DNA of 55,498 bases from Octopus bimaculoides (Eukaryota): positions 109,348,805 to 109,404,302 of the forward strand of contig NC_068986.1 of NCBI RefSeq assembly GCF_001194135.2, read 5' to 3'. Under the pieces are notes generated by a model. It was not told the origin of the DNA. It did not search any database and worked only from the letters and a program-made list of their open reading frames with translations. Made by a program: the position numbers and the translations under genes. Shown piece after piece: positions 13,495-25,010 of the stretch. Within the stretch, counting starts at the first letter, position 1. Each line of letters begins with the position of its first letter.

Positions 13495-13925
13495 AATCAT
13501 AGTCATGGCTAGTGCCACCTGACTGGCACCAGCGCTGGTGGCACATAATAGGCACTATTCGAGTGTGGGTTGATGCTAGTGCCGTCTGACTGGCTCCCCA
13601 TACTGGTGACATGTAAAAAGCACCATGCAAACGTGGTCGATGCTAGTGCCCCCTGATGGGCACCCATGCTGGTGGCATGTAAAAAAAACACCATGTGAAT
13701 GTGGTCAATGCCAGTGCCCCCTGACTGGCTCCTGTGCTGGTGGCACGTGAAATCACCCACTACACCCTCGGAGTGGTTGGTGTTAGGAAGGGCATCTAGC
13801 TGTAGAAACCTTGCCAGATCAGATTGGAGCCTGGTGCAGCCTACTGGCTTGCCAGTCCTTAGTCAAACCGTCCAACCCATGCCAACCATGGAAAGTGGAC
13901 GTTAAGCAACGATGATGATGATGTC
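13495..13925 (+). mobile_element. Family A with about 4-5 tandem hairpin units
   Basis: Repeated gccagtgcc.cctgactggc..ctgtgc.ggtggcac.taaaaagcacc units, then core and gatgatgat tail. Confidence 0.85.
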
Positions 13926-13999
13926 AAGCAGGTGGAAAACACATTTCCAGTTATCCTGGTTTTATTTACAGACACTAATGAAACACTTATCAAATACAC

Positions 14000-14470
14000 A
14001 GTCCATAGGTTGGAATGGTCTGGTTCAGGAGAGCATCACACCAGACTTCTTGTGAAGTTCAACATCCTAAATATCCTAGATTCCAGTCTTCACCATTTCT
14101 TCCCACTGTTCCATAACTCTGCCTCCTTGCCGATTTCCTCAACTCTCACCCTTCACGGAACTCCCAGACCTGCACCTCTTCATAGTCTCCTCTTACACTC
14201 TTCACCAAATTCCTCCCACTCCCAGTTTGTCTCTCAGCTCAGTTTATGTTCCATTGTTCATGGACCCTAACCGTACAAAATCCGGTAGAGCATTCTTACC
14301 GGATTTCTGTCCAACATTTATGCAATAATCACATTTCAGCACACAGGACTCACTGTCATGCAGTATTCCATTTCATACACAAGCATCATACAATCTACCC
14401 TTCATGAGAACACCCTAAACTCTTCCCACTTCACCCTTATTCTGGCTACTATGTGTCCAGCCCACCCACA
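14000..14470 (-). mobile_element. Decayed RTE LINE ORF fragment
   Basis: Reverse frames give KGRLYDACV*NGILHDSE and ELRDKLGVGGI, interrupted by stops. Confidence 0.6.
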
Positions 14471-14828
14471 CACAGCTACTGCCAACACCAGGAAGCCAAC
14501 CCAGGTGCACATGTCGACAGTTGTAATCAGCAACGTGAATTGGTTGGTGACTCAAAGCAGAAGAGAACCATTGGGAAATACACAGCTATTAATCATGGCC
14601 ATATCCCAACGACAATGAGTCAACACTGTGAGAAAGCAATAATTACAAAGACACATTACCATTTCACACAGGCATCAACGATTTCTTTATAAAAGCTCAT
14701 ATAACACTCACGTGTGTGTGTGGATTGGTGGGTAGGGTGTTGCACTTCCAATTGCAAGACTATGGTTTTAATTCCCAGACCAAGTGGTACATTGGGTTCT
14801 TGAGCAAAACACTGTTTCACACTGCTTC

Positions 14829-15090
14829 GTCATCATCATCATCATCATCATCGTTTAACGTCTATTTTCCATGCTGGCATGGGTTGGACAGTTCGACTGG
14901 GGTCTGGGAAGTCAGGAGGCTGCACCAGGTTCTAGTCTGATCTGGCAGTATTTCCCACAGCTGGATGCCCTTCCTAACGCCAACCACTCCAAGAGTGTAG
15001 TGGGTGCTTTTTACATGCCACCAGCACAGAAGCCAGTCAAGGTGACGCTGGCATCGGCCACGTTCGGATGGTGCTTTTTACATGCCACTG
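14829..15090 (-). mobile_element. Family A
   Basis: (CAT)n plus core. Confidence 0.8.
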
Positions 15091-15720
15091 GCACAGGGAT
15101 AACAACCACAATGACCAGTAAGAAGGCTGTCATGATTTAGTGTCCATTCTACACAATACACAAGTTTTCTTTCTCCATCATTAATAACGTATGCTAACAG
15201 ACGCTTATGTTGTACATCTTTTATAGATATGATGCCTTCAGGCCTCTGTAATTCTATGTTGCTTGGCAAGTATCCATTACTGAACAAACAGCTAGACTAC
15301 CATACAACTACACACTCATCATGTACATCATCAACTCACACTCGATTTTCTCTTATATTATCACTAAGATGAAAGGCAAAGTTAACCTCAGTGGGAATTG
15401 AACACAGAATTTACCTCAATACTGCAAAATAGTTTGCTTAGCACCTCACCAAGTCTTCACCTCCCACACACTCTCTCTTTCAAGTGGAGACAACTAATGA
15501 AAAGTCTGATATGTAAAAAATGTGTTGCTACTCTGACAACAACACCTGAAGTTATTCTTATCTTTTACCAGACAGCAAATCACTTAAATTAGTGTGTCGC
15601 TGTTAGCACAGTTTCTGGTCAACTCCATTTTAACAAATGTAGATAATGAGAAGCAGGACAATCACAAATTTAGACGTCATTAGACTCTCTTCCCAACTGG
15701 AAAACTCACATCTTTATAAC

Positions 15721-15873
15721 AAGACTAAGTATTTACATTATTTACATTTGACGGATATTTGTCCTCATCTTGTTTGTTAAGACAATGTTTCAGCTGACAT
15801 ACCCTCCAGCCTTCATCAGGTGTCTTGAGGAAATTTCGAACTTGGGTTCTCATTCCTAAGGCATTTTACGATG

Positions 15874-15912
<39 letters not shown>

Positions 15913-16182
15913 TCACTGCCTGGAATCAAACTCGGAATCTTGGGGTTAGTAGCCCGCGCTCTTAACCACTATGNNNNNNNNNNTATTATTATTATTCAGG
16001 TCACTGCCTGGAATCAAACTCGGAATCTTGGGGTTAGTAGCCCGCGCTCTTAACCACTATGCTATATGCCCATGGAGGGTATATCAGCCAAAACATTGTG
16101 TTAACAAACAAGATGAGGACAAATATCTGTCAAATGTAAATAATTCCTCATCTCTTAAAAATAGAACTGTAAGACTAAGTAT
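15721..16182. mobile_element. Family E locus 2 (inverted structure, 12-bp TSD aagactaagtat)
   Basis: TSD at 15721-15732 and 16171-16182; minus-strand unit followed by a plus-strand tail fragment; includes a 10-N gap. Confidence 0.85.
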
Positions 16183-16494
16183 GATTGCAAACACATAGTA
16201 ACTTCTTGCTGTTGTTGGTTAGTCTTAGGTTCACTTTGAATGAGTAGATCTATAATCAAAGGGACACACCCATGGCTATCATTTCATATTTTCTTGACAT
16301 AGTATATCACAGGATACATAATTCACTACGGCCTTCTTTTATTATCGATAGAGTATTTTTTGAGGGGGAAACTTAGCTACTCTGTTTAGGAGTCTTGACA
16401 ATGTAGTTTCAAATACACAATATTTGAGTGGAAAAAAGGATAAGACTATTGCAAACAGAATTCTTTTGATCATAAATCTGCTCAGCTAGAACTG

Positions 16495-16725
16495 ATCATC
16501 ATCGTCATCATTTAACATCTGCTTTCCATGCATCCATGTGTTGGGCAGATTGACTGAGGACTGGCAAGCCAGTAGGCTGTGCCAGACTCCAATCTGATTT
16601 GGCAAAGTTTCCACAGCTGGATGCCCTTCCTAACGCCAACCACTCCGAGAGTGTAGTGGGTGCTTTTTATGGGCTGCTGGCATGAGGGCCAGTCAGGCAG
16701 CACTGGCATTGGCTATGCTCGAATG
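16495..16725 (-). mobile_element. Family A
   Basis: Core motif plus (CAT)n. Confidence 0.8.
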
Positions 16726-16734
16726 GTGCAAAGA

Positions 16735-17160
16735 GGAAGACTGTCTGTGCAGGGCAAAAGGATCTGGATGACCAATAACATCGGAAGACACGGTAGAACG
16801 GATTCACCAAAAACTCTTGCGAATCCCCAAGAAGTCCATAAGAAGAACAAGTCTGGAAACCCAAATTCCTCCAATGACAGTTTGGTGTGTCCTGAGGAAA
16901 CACTTCCTAATGAAACCCTACAAGATGCAGCCCGTTCAGGCCATAGTGGCAGATGACAAGCGAAAGTGCAAACATGGGGTTGTGAAGGGCCTGGTCTATG
17001 TCCCCCACTCTTCCTGCAAACCTAGAGGAACTCAAGCAGAGAATCACTACCGCACTGGAGACTGTTACCGAAGACATGCTGCAGCGTGTTTGGGAGGAGC
17101 TGGACTACCGACTTGACATGTGCCATGTCTTGTGTGCGCATACTGAACATTTGTGAAATC
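16735..17160 (+). pseudogene. Internally deleted mariner-type transposase relic
   Basis: HTH-region SEDTVERI...PKKSIRRTSLETQIP.MTVW.VLRK...MKPYKMQ fused to C-terminal GVVKGLVYVP, then after a frameshift PANLEELKQRITTALETVTEDMLQRVWEELDYRLD; catalytic DD region absent. Confidence 0.85.
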
Positions 17161-17313
17161 TTTCTTGGAATCCACATACCTCTGAATTTCTCGTTCAAAT
17201 TCGGAGGAATAAATCTTATGTTGCTCAACATTAAGCCTGTTTAGTTTCATTTGCTTTGACTGTGTAGTTTCTGTGATATTTACATCTCAAATGATATATA
17301 TCTTCCAGTGTTT

Positions 17314-17580
17314 CATCATCATCATCATCGTTTAACGTCCGCTTTCCATGCTAGCATGGGTTGGATGATTTGACTGAGGACTGGCAAACCAGATGGCTAC
17401 ACCAGGCTCCAATCTGATCTGGCAGAGTTTCTACAGCTGGATGCCCTTCCTAATGCCAACCACTCTGAGAGTGTAGAGGGTGCTTTTACATGCCACCGGC
17501 ATAAAGGCCAGTCAGGAGGTACTGGCAACGGCCACGCTCAAAATGGTGTATTTTATGTGCCACCTGCACAGGAGCCAGCA
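17314..17580 (-). mobile_element. Family A
   Basis: Near-consensus copy. Confidence 0.85.
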
Positions 17581-18867
17581 AGTGATGGCTATGAGGGCTG
17601 CCTCATGCTCCAGTGTCTGCTTTGACAGGGATTCTATGGCTTGATGCCTTTCCTAAAACCAACCACTTAACTGAGTGCTTTGTTTTGTGACACCTAACAC
17701 TTGTGAGACGACTGCCACACAGCTCACAAGACTAAGATCTCCATTACTGAGAAGGGAGCAGCTTTGTATTAAGGGACAAGAGATTAAAGCAGTTGTCCTC
17801 AACTGATGTCCATATGACCCTTGTAGCAGGGGGGGGGGTCTATATAAGATTTTGCTGTTAAAATTCATGTGCAATAAATTGCTTTTACTTCTTCAATACA
17901 TTTTGATTTTTCTCATACAATTCCTAATATTTAATTATAAAAGTGTAATGTCCATCCTTTGTCAGCACCGTCCAACCCATGCCAGCATGGACAACGGACT
18001 TAAAGGATGATGATTATGATAATAATGATGATGATGATGAATGTCATTTTTTTAAAACAGTGAATGGCTATGATTACCCATCATCATTTAATATCTCTTT
18101 TCTCATGCTGGCATGGGTTGGACAGTTTGACAGGGGCTGGCTAGGCAGAAGACTGCACCATGCTTCCTTGTCTGTTTTGGCAGGGATTTTATAGCCGGAT
18201 GCCCTTCATAACACCAGGGGGTCAACAGGAAAACAATGGCTGAGAATCACTGAGTTTAAAGTGGCAACTCACATTACAAATGAAGAGGAGACGTAAGAGA
18301 TCAGAGTGTTAAGTAGAGCAGTAAGAATAGTTGAGAGGGGGGGGGGGGGGGTAAGGGTGTGTGTGTATTTGATATGTGTGTGATTGGCTGCACGAAAGTG
18401 CAGAGGACAGAGTTGTGGTCAGTGGTGATGAGGTGTCAGGGTGGATGGAGCCTGAATGGATGAGGTGGGGAGGAATATGAATGGAGAACAAAGATTGATG
18501 AATGATCAATGATAAATATAGAGTGGGGGGGAAGGTAGGGAAGGGTGAGTGATGACTGTAGAGATTTGTGGAGACAGAGACGAGTTGGGGTGGGGGGTGT
18601 TGGTGGACGTAGATGGACAGGTGATCGATAATACAAAGAAGTGCAAGGGAGAGACGAAGATCACTGACCGTGCTAAAGAGGGTGAAAAGGGGTAGAATAG
18701 TAACCAAAATCCAGCAGACAGGGAGAGGATGAGAGAGAGAGAGAGAGAGAGGAATGATGGGTGATGGGTGGGTGGGTGGTCAATGTGTATTTGACATGTC
18801 TGTGATGGCATGGATGGAAGTGCAGAGGGCAGTGTTGTCATCAGTTAATCCTGCCAATGAATTATCT

Positions 18868-19100
18868 GGTCGGTGAGCTGGCAGAATTGTTAGCACGTCG
18901 GGCGAAATGCTCAGTGGTATTTCATTTGCCGTTACGTTCTGAGTTCAAATTCCGCCGAGGCTGACTTTGCCTTTCATCCTTTCGGGGTCAATTGAATAAG
19001 TACCGGCTACGCACTGGGGATCGATGTAATCGACTTAATCCCTTTGTCTGTCCTTGTTTGTCCCCTCTATGTTTAACCCCCTGTGGGCAATAAAGAAATA
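18868..19100 (+). mobile_element. tRNA-headed SINE family D with Meta-domain-like core
   Basis: gaggctgactttgcctttcatcctttcggggtc...aataagtacc resembles the MetaSINE/Sauria-SINE central domain as recalled (not aligned). Confidence 0.75.
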
Positions 19101-19110
19101 TAAAAAATTA

Positions 19111-19272
19111 GATGCAGGAGTGGCTGTGTGGTAAGTAGTTTGCTTACCAACCACATGGTTCTGGGTTCAATCCCACTGTGTGACACCTTGGGCAAATGTC
19201 TTCTACTATAGCCTCAGGCCGACCAAAGCCTTGTAAGTGGATTTGGTAGGCGGAAACACAAAGAAACCCGTC

Positions 19273-19306
<34 letters not shown>

Positions 19307-19502
19307 GTGTGTGTGTGTGTGTGTGTGTCTGTGTTTGTACCCCCACCACCGCTTGACAACCGACGGTGGTGTCTACGTCCCCGTAACCTAGCGCTTTGGC
19401 AAAAGAGACCGATAGAATAAGTACTAGGCTCACAAAGAATAAGTCCTGGGGTCAATTTGTTCGACTAAAGGCAGTGTTCCAGTCAAATGACTGGAACAAA
19501 TA
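19111..19502 (+). mobile_element. SINE family B, directly after the A-rich tail of family D
   Basis: gcaggagtggctgtgtggtaagtag... through aaatgactggaac. Confidence 0.85.
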
Positions 19503-19823
19503 AATTATCTGGTTACTCAATGCCTTACATGAAAAACACCAATAAGTTAGCATCAGGAAGAGCATCCAGCGAGAAAAGAATGCTTCCAATAATTTATTCG
19601 TTCAATCCTTACAAGAATGGACAGAAAACAGAAGAATATTATGAAAAAAGTTTAAATCTCTGGAAGACCTTTTTTCTTCTCATTTGTAACTATAATGTAT
19701 AGGAGGAGAATCCCTGATACAAGGTAGATCTACTCTTTAGTCTTGTTACAAACAATCTCCCTACTGCCAGTGGCACATCAAAATGGATCCAGCCCCAGCT
19801 ATAAAACAGTGGCTGATGGGAAC

Positions 19824-19962
19824 GGAATTTAGCTACATTTTTTACATTTGGTATATCAGCCGAAAACTTGTGTTAACAAACAAGATGAGGACAAATATTC
19901 CGTCAAATGTAAATAATGTACATAACTCCTCACCTCTTAAATATAGAACTGGGAATTTAGCT
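19824..19962. mobile_element. Family E locus 3 (minimal inverted tail-only insertion, 11-bp TSD ggaatttagct)
   Basis: TSD at 19824-19834 and 19952-19962. Confidence 0.8.
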
Positions 19963-20016
19963 GCTAAAAACATGACACACACCTGTGAGAAAAACTGTTG
20001 ACTTGTTCTCTTACTG

Positions 20017-20760
20017 CATCATCACCATCATCATCGTCGTTTAACGTCCGCTTTCCATGCTAGCATGGGTTGGACGATTTGACTGAGGACTGGTGCAAAC
20101 CGGATGGCAACACCAGGCTCCAATCTAATTTGGCAGAGTTTCTACAGCTGGATGCCCTTCCTAACGCCAACCACTCAGAGAGTGTAGTGGGTGCTTTTAC
20201 GTGTCACCCACATGAAAACGGCCACGCTCGAAATGGTGTCTTTTATGTGCCNNNNNNNNNNNNNNNNNNNNNNNNNNNNNNNNNNNNNNNNNNNNNNNNN
20301 NNNNNNNNNNNNNNNNNNNNNNNNNNNNNNNNNNNNNNNNNNNNNNNNNNNNNNNNNNNNNNNNNNNNNNNNGCATCATCACCATCATCATCGTCGTTTA
20401 ACGTCCGCTTTCCATGCTAGCATGGGTTGGACGATTTGACTGAGGACTGGTGCAAACCGGATGGCAACACCAGGCTCCAATCTAATTTGGCAGAGTTTCT
20501 ACAGCTGGATGCCCTTCCTAACGCCAACCACTCAGAGAGTGTAGTGGGTGCTTTTACGTGTCACCCGCAAGAAGGCCAGTCAGGCGGTACTGGCAACGGC
20601 CACGCTCATCTCGCTCGAGAAACCTCATGTGTCACCCGCACAAGAGCCAGCCCAGGGGCACCAGCAACGATCCCGCTCGAAAATCCCACAACAACCCCAC
20701 ACAAGAGCCAGTTCAGATTAAAGAACACTGCACTCAATCGCTGGGTGCATTGAAGTGTGT
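20017..20760 (-). mobile_element. Family A duplicated across an N-gap
   Basis: Nearly 200 bp identical on both sides of Ns 20252-20372. Confidence 0.8.
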
Positions 20761-20855
20761 CTAACCCAGGAGTAGGAAAAGGCATAACGATGATGACGAA
20801 GATGACGATATACCCTTTGAGTTTAATAAAAGAAATTAATATTTTCATCACTTAC

Positions 20856-21012
20856 TTCTTAAGAAGTTTGCCAAGTCTATGAGTGTTCGATCATTATCAT
20901 CTCCTGTCCACCGTTTTAGTAGAAATCTGTTCTGTCTTTGAAGTTTGGTTGCCTCTTCATTCCAGTCTACAATGATTACTTTGGAAAGGTCTCGATTCAA
21001 ACAAGAAAGATC
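20856..21012 (-). CDS. TIMM50: Tim50 coding exon 8 (DLSCLNRDLSKVIIVDWNEEATKLQRQNRFLLKRWTGDDNDRTLIDLANFLR)
   Basis: DLSCLNRDLSKVI.VD motif; ttgtag/gtaagt; 157 nt, phase 0 to 1. Confidence 0.97.
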
Positions 21013-21136
21013 CTACAAAAATAAATACAGAAACACTTTTATAATATTTATTATTAAACATAACAAAGTTTCATAACAATGCACTACAAAAGCAGGGATA
21101 GAAAATGTCTTCTTACTCTGAAATATCACAATCAGC

Positions 21137-21171
<35 letters not shown>

Positions 21172-21399
21172 TCATCATTTAGCATCCATTTTCCATGCTG
21201 CTATGGGTCAGACAGTTTGACTAGAACTGGTAAACCAGGGATCTGTACCTGGCTCCAATCTGATTTTAGCTTGGTTTCTAGGGCTGGATGCCCTTCCTAA
21301 TGTCAATCACACAGGGTGTAGCGGGCACCTTTTACCTGTCACTGTAACTGTCCATAACTATGGCTTCAATTTGCCTGACAAGTCTTCTCAAGCCCAGCA

Positions 21400-21870
21400 A
21401 ACTGTCAAAGGTCTCGATTATTTGTTATCACCCTTGTGAGACCAAACAGCCAAAGATCATGCTTCACCACCTCAACCCATGTCTTCCTGGGTCTACTTCT
21501 TCCACAGGTTCCCTCCACAGAGATTGGCACTTCTTTATGCAGCTGTCCTCATCCATATGCAGCACACGACCATACCAGCTCAGTCATCTCTCTTGCACAC
21601 ACCACCTAATGCCTCTTATGCCCAATTTTACTCTCAAGACACTCTGTCATACATGCACACTGACATTGCACATCCAGTGGAACACATTGGCTTCATTTCC
21701 TTGAAGCCTACACATGTCCTCTGCAGTCCCAGTCCACGTTTCACTGCCATGTAGCACGGCTGTTTGCACACAGGCATCTACCTTTCACTCTAAGGGAGAG
21801 GCCCTTTGTTACCCACTCTATGGCAACTAGGGCAATTGTCTTCCACTCTCACCATGGGCTGACCAAAGCC
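21400..21870 (-). mobile_element. RTE LINE ORF 3' fragment
   Basis: Homologous to 3575-3950. Confidence 0.7.
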
Positions 21871-22160
21871 TTACAAGGAGATTTGGTAGATGGAAACTGA
21901 AAGAAGCCTAACATGTGTATGTGTGTCAGTATACACATATCATCATCCAGTGTTTTAAATTTGGGTTTTGTCCCCATTAACAGATCTACCTCAATGCCAT
22001 AGCAACCGCGGTAGGCATATGCAGCCCACCCCGACTTTTGGGCTGGCTGGTGCCCATTCTCCTTTGCTACTATGAGGCTTTTTTGGAGCTGGATTTTCTA
22101 CAGGGAGCATGCCCTTGCTTACCCCCAACCAAAATTCATACAAGACTAAACAAAATCAAA

Positions 22161-22520
22161 TCATCATCATTGTCATCATCGTTTAACGTCCGCTTTCCAT
22201 GCTGGCATGGGTTGGACGGTTTGACTGAGGGCTGGCGAACAAGTAGGCTGCACCAGGCTCCAAGCTGATCTGGCAATGTTTCTACAGCTGGATGCCCTTC
22301 CTAATGCCAACCACTCCGAGAGTGCACTAATAACAGTGTAATGGTAGACATCAACTGTCTCCACTTGAGGTATTCCAAAATACTCTGCCAACAAATTTAA
22401 TCAATCCACATGAGCCAGTCAGGGCGGGGGGCAGGCATTGACCATGTTTGGATGGTGTTTTTTTACATGCCACCGGCACGGGGAGCCAGTCTGGTAACAC
22501 TGGCAATGGCCACAACTACA
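22161..22520 (-). mobile_element. Family A, interrupted
   Basis: Core 22161-22325, unit fragment 22410-22520. Confidence 0.75.
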
Positions 22521-22588
22521 ATTTCCGCTTTTGATACAATGAAAACTATTTTTGTGAGGTTGCTTCAAGTGTTACTGAAAAAACTCAC

Positions 22589-22687
22589 CTTAACATGATG
22601 GCCTTCCATATAACGAGTGGCATCTCTGTAAAGACGGTACATGATAAAACCATTGGGATCGAGATTATTCACTATAGGGTCAGCATT
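22589..22687 (-). CDS. TIMM50: Tim50 coding exon 7 ([33 protein letters not shown])
   Basis: YRL.RDATRYM.GHHVK motif; tttacag/gtgagt; 99 nt. Confidence 0.97.
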
Positions 22688-23093
22688 CTGTAAAAAATGA
22701 GAAATATAAAATTTAAAGAGATGGAAAAAAGGACATTGATAAATTTAGAGATGAAATCATTCACATCTGACAAGTTAGAGGCAAGGTATACAATATTACA
22801 GCAAATCTGTAGAGAAAATATTTTGTAATGTAGTTTCTGTATGTCACCTTAGTGTCAGGCACTAATAACTTAGTGATGTATAGTACCGCGCAATGGGATA
22901 GACACCAACTGGCTCCACTTAGTGTATTCCTAAATACTCTGTCAACAACTGTAACCAATCCAAAACAACTTTCAACAAACTATAACAACTTCTTGACAAC
23001 TTCCTGTGACTCCATGAACTCATGAACAACAACTTTCAACTTTATTACATTATTTACATTTGACGGATATTTGTCCTCATCTTGTTTGTTGTT

Positions 23094-23139
23094 AACACAA
23101 CGTTTCGGCTGATATACCCTCCAGCCTTCATCAGGTGTC
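23094..23139 (-). ncRNA. Minimal type I hammerhead ribozyme motif (Penelope-like, predicted dimer-dependent)
   Basis: Minus strand reads GACAC-CUGAUGA-a-GGCUG-gagggtatat-CAGCC-GAAA-CG-U-U-GUGUU: helix I 5 bp (one G.U), helix II 5 bp, palindromic AACGUU in place of helix III; activity untested. Confidence 0.65.
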
Positions 23140-23298
23140 TTGGGGAAATTTCGAACCTGGGTTCTCATTCCTAAGGTATTTTTTTATGTTAATATTATTA
23201 TTATTATTATTCAGGTCACTGCCCATGGGCATATAACATAGTGGTTAAGGGCGCGGGCTACGAACCCCAAAATTCCGAGTTTGATTCCAAGCAGTGAT

Positions 23299-23335
<37 letters not shown>

Positions 23336-23487
23336 TTGAAAAATACTTTAGGAATGAGAACCCNNNNNNNNNNNNNNNNNNNNNNNNNNNNNNNNNNNNN
23401 NNNNNNNNNNNNNNNNNNNNNNNNNNNNNNNNNNNNNNNNNNNNNNNNNNNNNNNNNNNNNNNNNNNNNNNNNNNNNNNNNNNNNNN

Positions 23488-23842
23488 GAGGGTTCCAGTT
23501 GATCTGATCAACAGAACAGCCTGCTCATGAAATTAGCGTGCAAGTGGCTGAGCACTCCACAGACACATGTACCCTTAACGTAGTTCTCGAGGATATTCAG
23601 CGTTACACAGTGTGACAAGGCTGACCCTTTGCATTACAGGTACAACAGAAACAGGAAGTAAGAGTGAGAGAAGGTTGTGGTGAAAGAGTACAGCAGGGTT
23701 CGCCACCATCCCCTGCCGGAGCCTCGTGGAGCTTTAAGTGTTTTCGCTCAATAAACATTCACAATGCCCGGTCTGGGAATTGAAACCACGATCCTATGAC
23801 CGCGAATCCGCTGCCCTAACCACTGGGCCATTGCGCCTCCAC
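23488..23842 (-). mobile_element. SINE family C nested in family E locus 4
   Basis: Reverse complement of 36171-36556. Confidence 0.85.
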
Positions 23843-24439
23843 TACTGTCAAATGTAAATCATGTATATAATTCTTCATCTCTTAAATATAGAAGTGTACC
23901 TTTCAACTTCCTGTGATTTCTCATCTCTCCCTCGCAGTCAAACACGCTGCTACTTATATGAGTTCGGCTAGTCCATTCTCACAGGGGGTGTCATGATTCT
24001 TGCCATAACAACATAAGGGATACTTTATGGAGGAGTTAAGTTTGATTCTCAGTCGCAAGGTCCCACGTCTGTCTCACAACACATCACCCCAGACATTTGT
24101 ATCTTTCATCAAAGCCACAGAATGACCCAAGCCTTCAGAAAGTAATTAAATGGAAACTTTACAGAAGCCCATTAAATCAGATGTATCCATAATTCAATGG
24201 ACCAATTTGTCACAGACAGCATCACGCTAATTATGTTTGAAGATATAAATGATGTTGATGATGTATAAGTATTTACAGAACATTCTGGCATCATTTATAT
24301 TACAAACACATTGTGTTGGTCACTCTTTACCATCCTCCATATGGAAATCCCAGTCATCAAAGTTGATGCAAAATCCATTCATTCGAGACTGTACTGCCTG
24401 ATTAGCAGTCATGCCAGTGGAATGTTAAAAGCATATCCA

Positions 24440-25010
24440 AGTATGATCATTGTCAGGGCCGCAGATTGGCCCCTGTGTCGGTGGCATGTAAAAAGCACCA
24501 TTTGAGCGTGATCGTCGATAGCGCCGCCTTACCGGCACATGGAAAACAACATTCGAGCGTGGTCAATGCCAGTGCTGCTAGACTGGTTCCTGTGCTGGTA
24601 GCATGCAAAAAAACACCTTTTGAGCGTGGCCATTGCCAGTACCGTGTGACTGGCCCTCGTACCAGTGGCACATAAAAGCACCCACTACACTCTCAGAGTG
24701 GTTGGCGTTAGGAAAGGCATCCAGCTGTAGAAACATTACCAGATCAGAATGGAGAATGGTGCAGCCTTCTGGCTCGCCAGTCCTCAGTCAAACCGTCCAA
24801 CCCATACCAGCATGGAAAGCGGACGTTAAACGACGATGATGATGATCATCACTTAACGTCCGTTTTCCATGCTGGTATGGGTTGGACGGTTTGAAGGAGC
24901 TGGCAAGGTGGGAGGGCTGCACCAGACTCATTTGTCTGTTTCGGCAGGGTTTCTATGGCTGGGTGCCCTTCCTAACGCCAATCGCTTTACAGAGTGTACT
25001 AAGTGATTTT
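24440..25010. mobile_element. Tail-to-tail family A pair sharing a gatgat/catcat junction
   Basis: Plus copy ends gacgatgatgatgatcatc near 24848; minus copy starts there. Confidence 0.75.

Larger units (their letters stand above)
23033..23909. mobile_element. Family E locus 4 (inverted pair, 10-bp TSD ctttcaactt) with nested SINE C
   Basis: TSD at 23033-23042 and 23900-23909; minus arm 23043-23222, plus arm from 23226 into the gap, tail resumes near 23845. Confidence 0.8.

Noticed and set aside
18309-18841. Pro/His/Ser-rich minus-strand ORFs over a GT/GA-rich stretch
   Set aside because: Low complexity with an internal degenerate duplication; no recognisable domain or splice support
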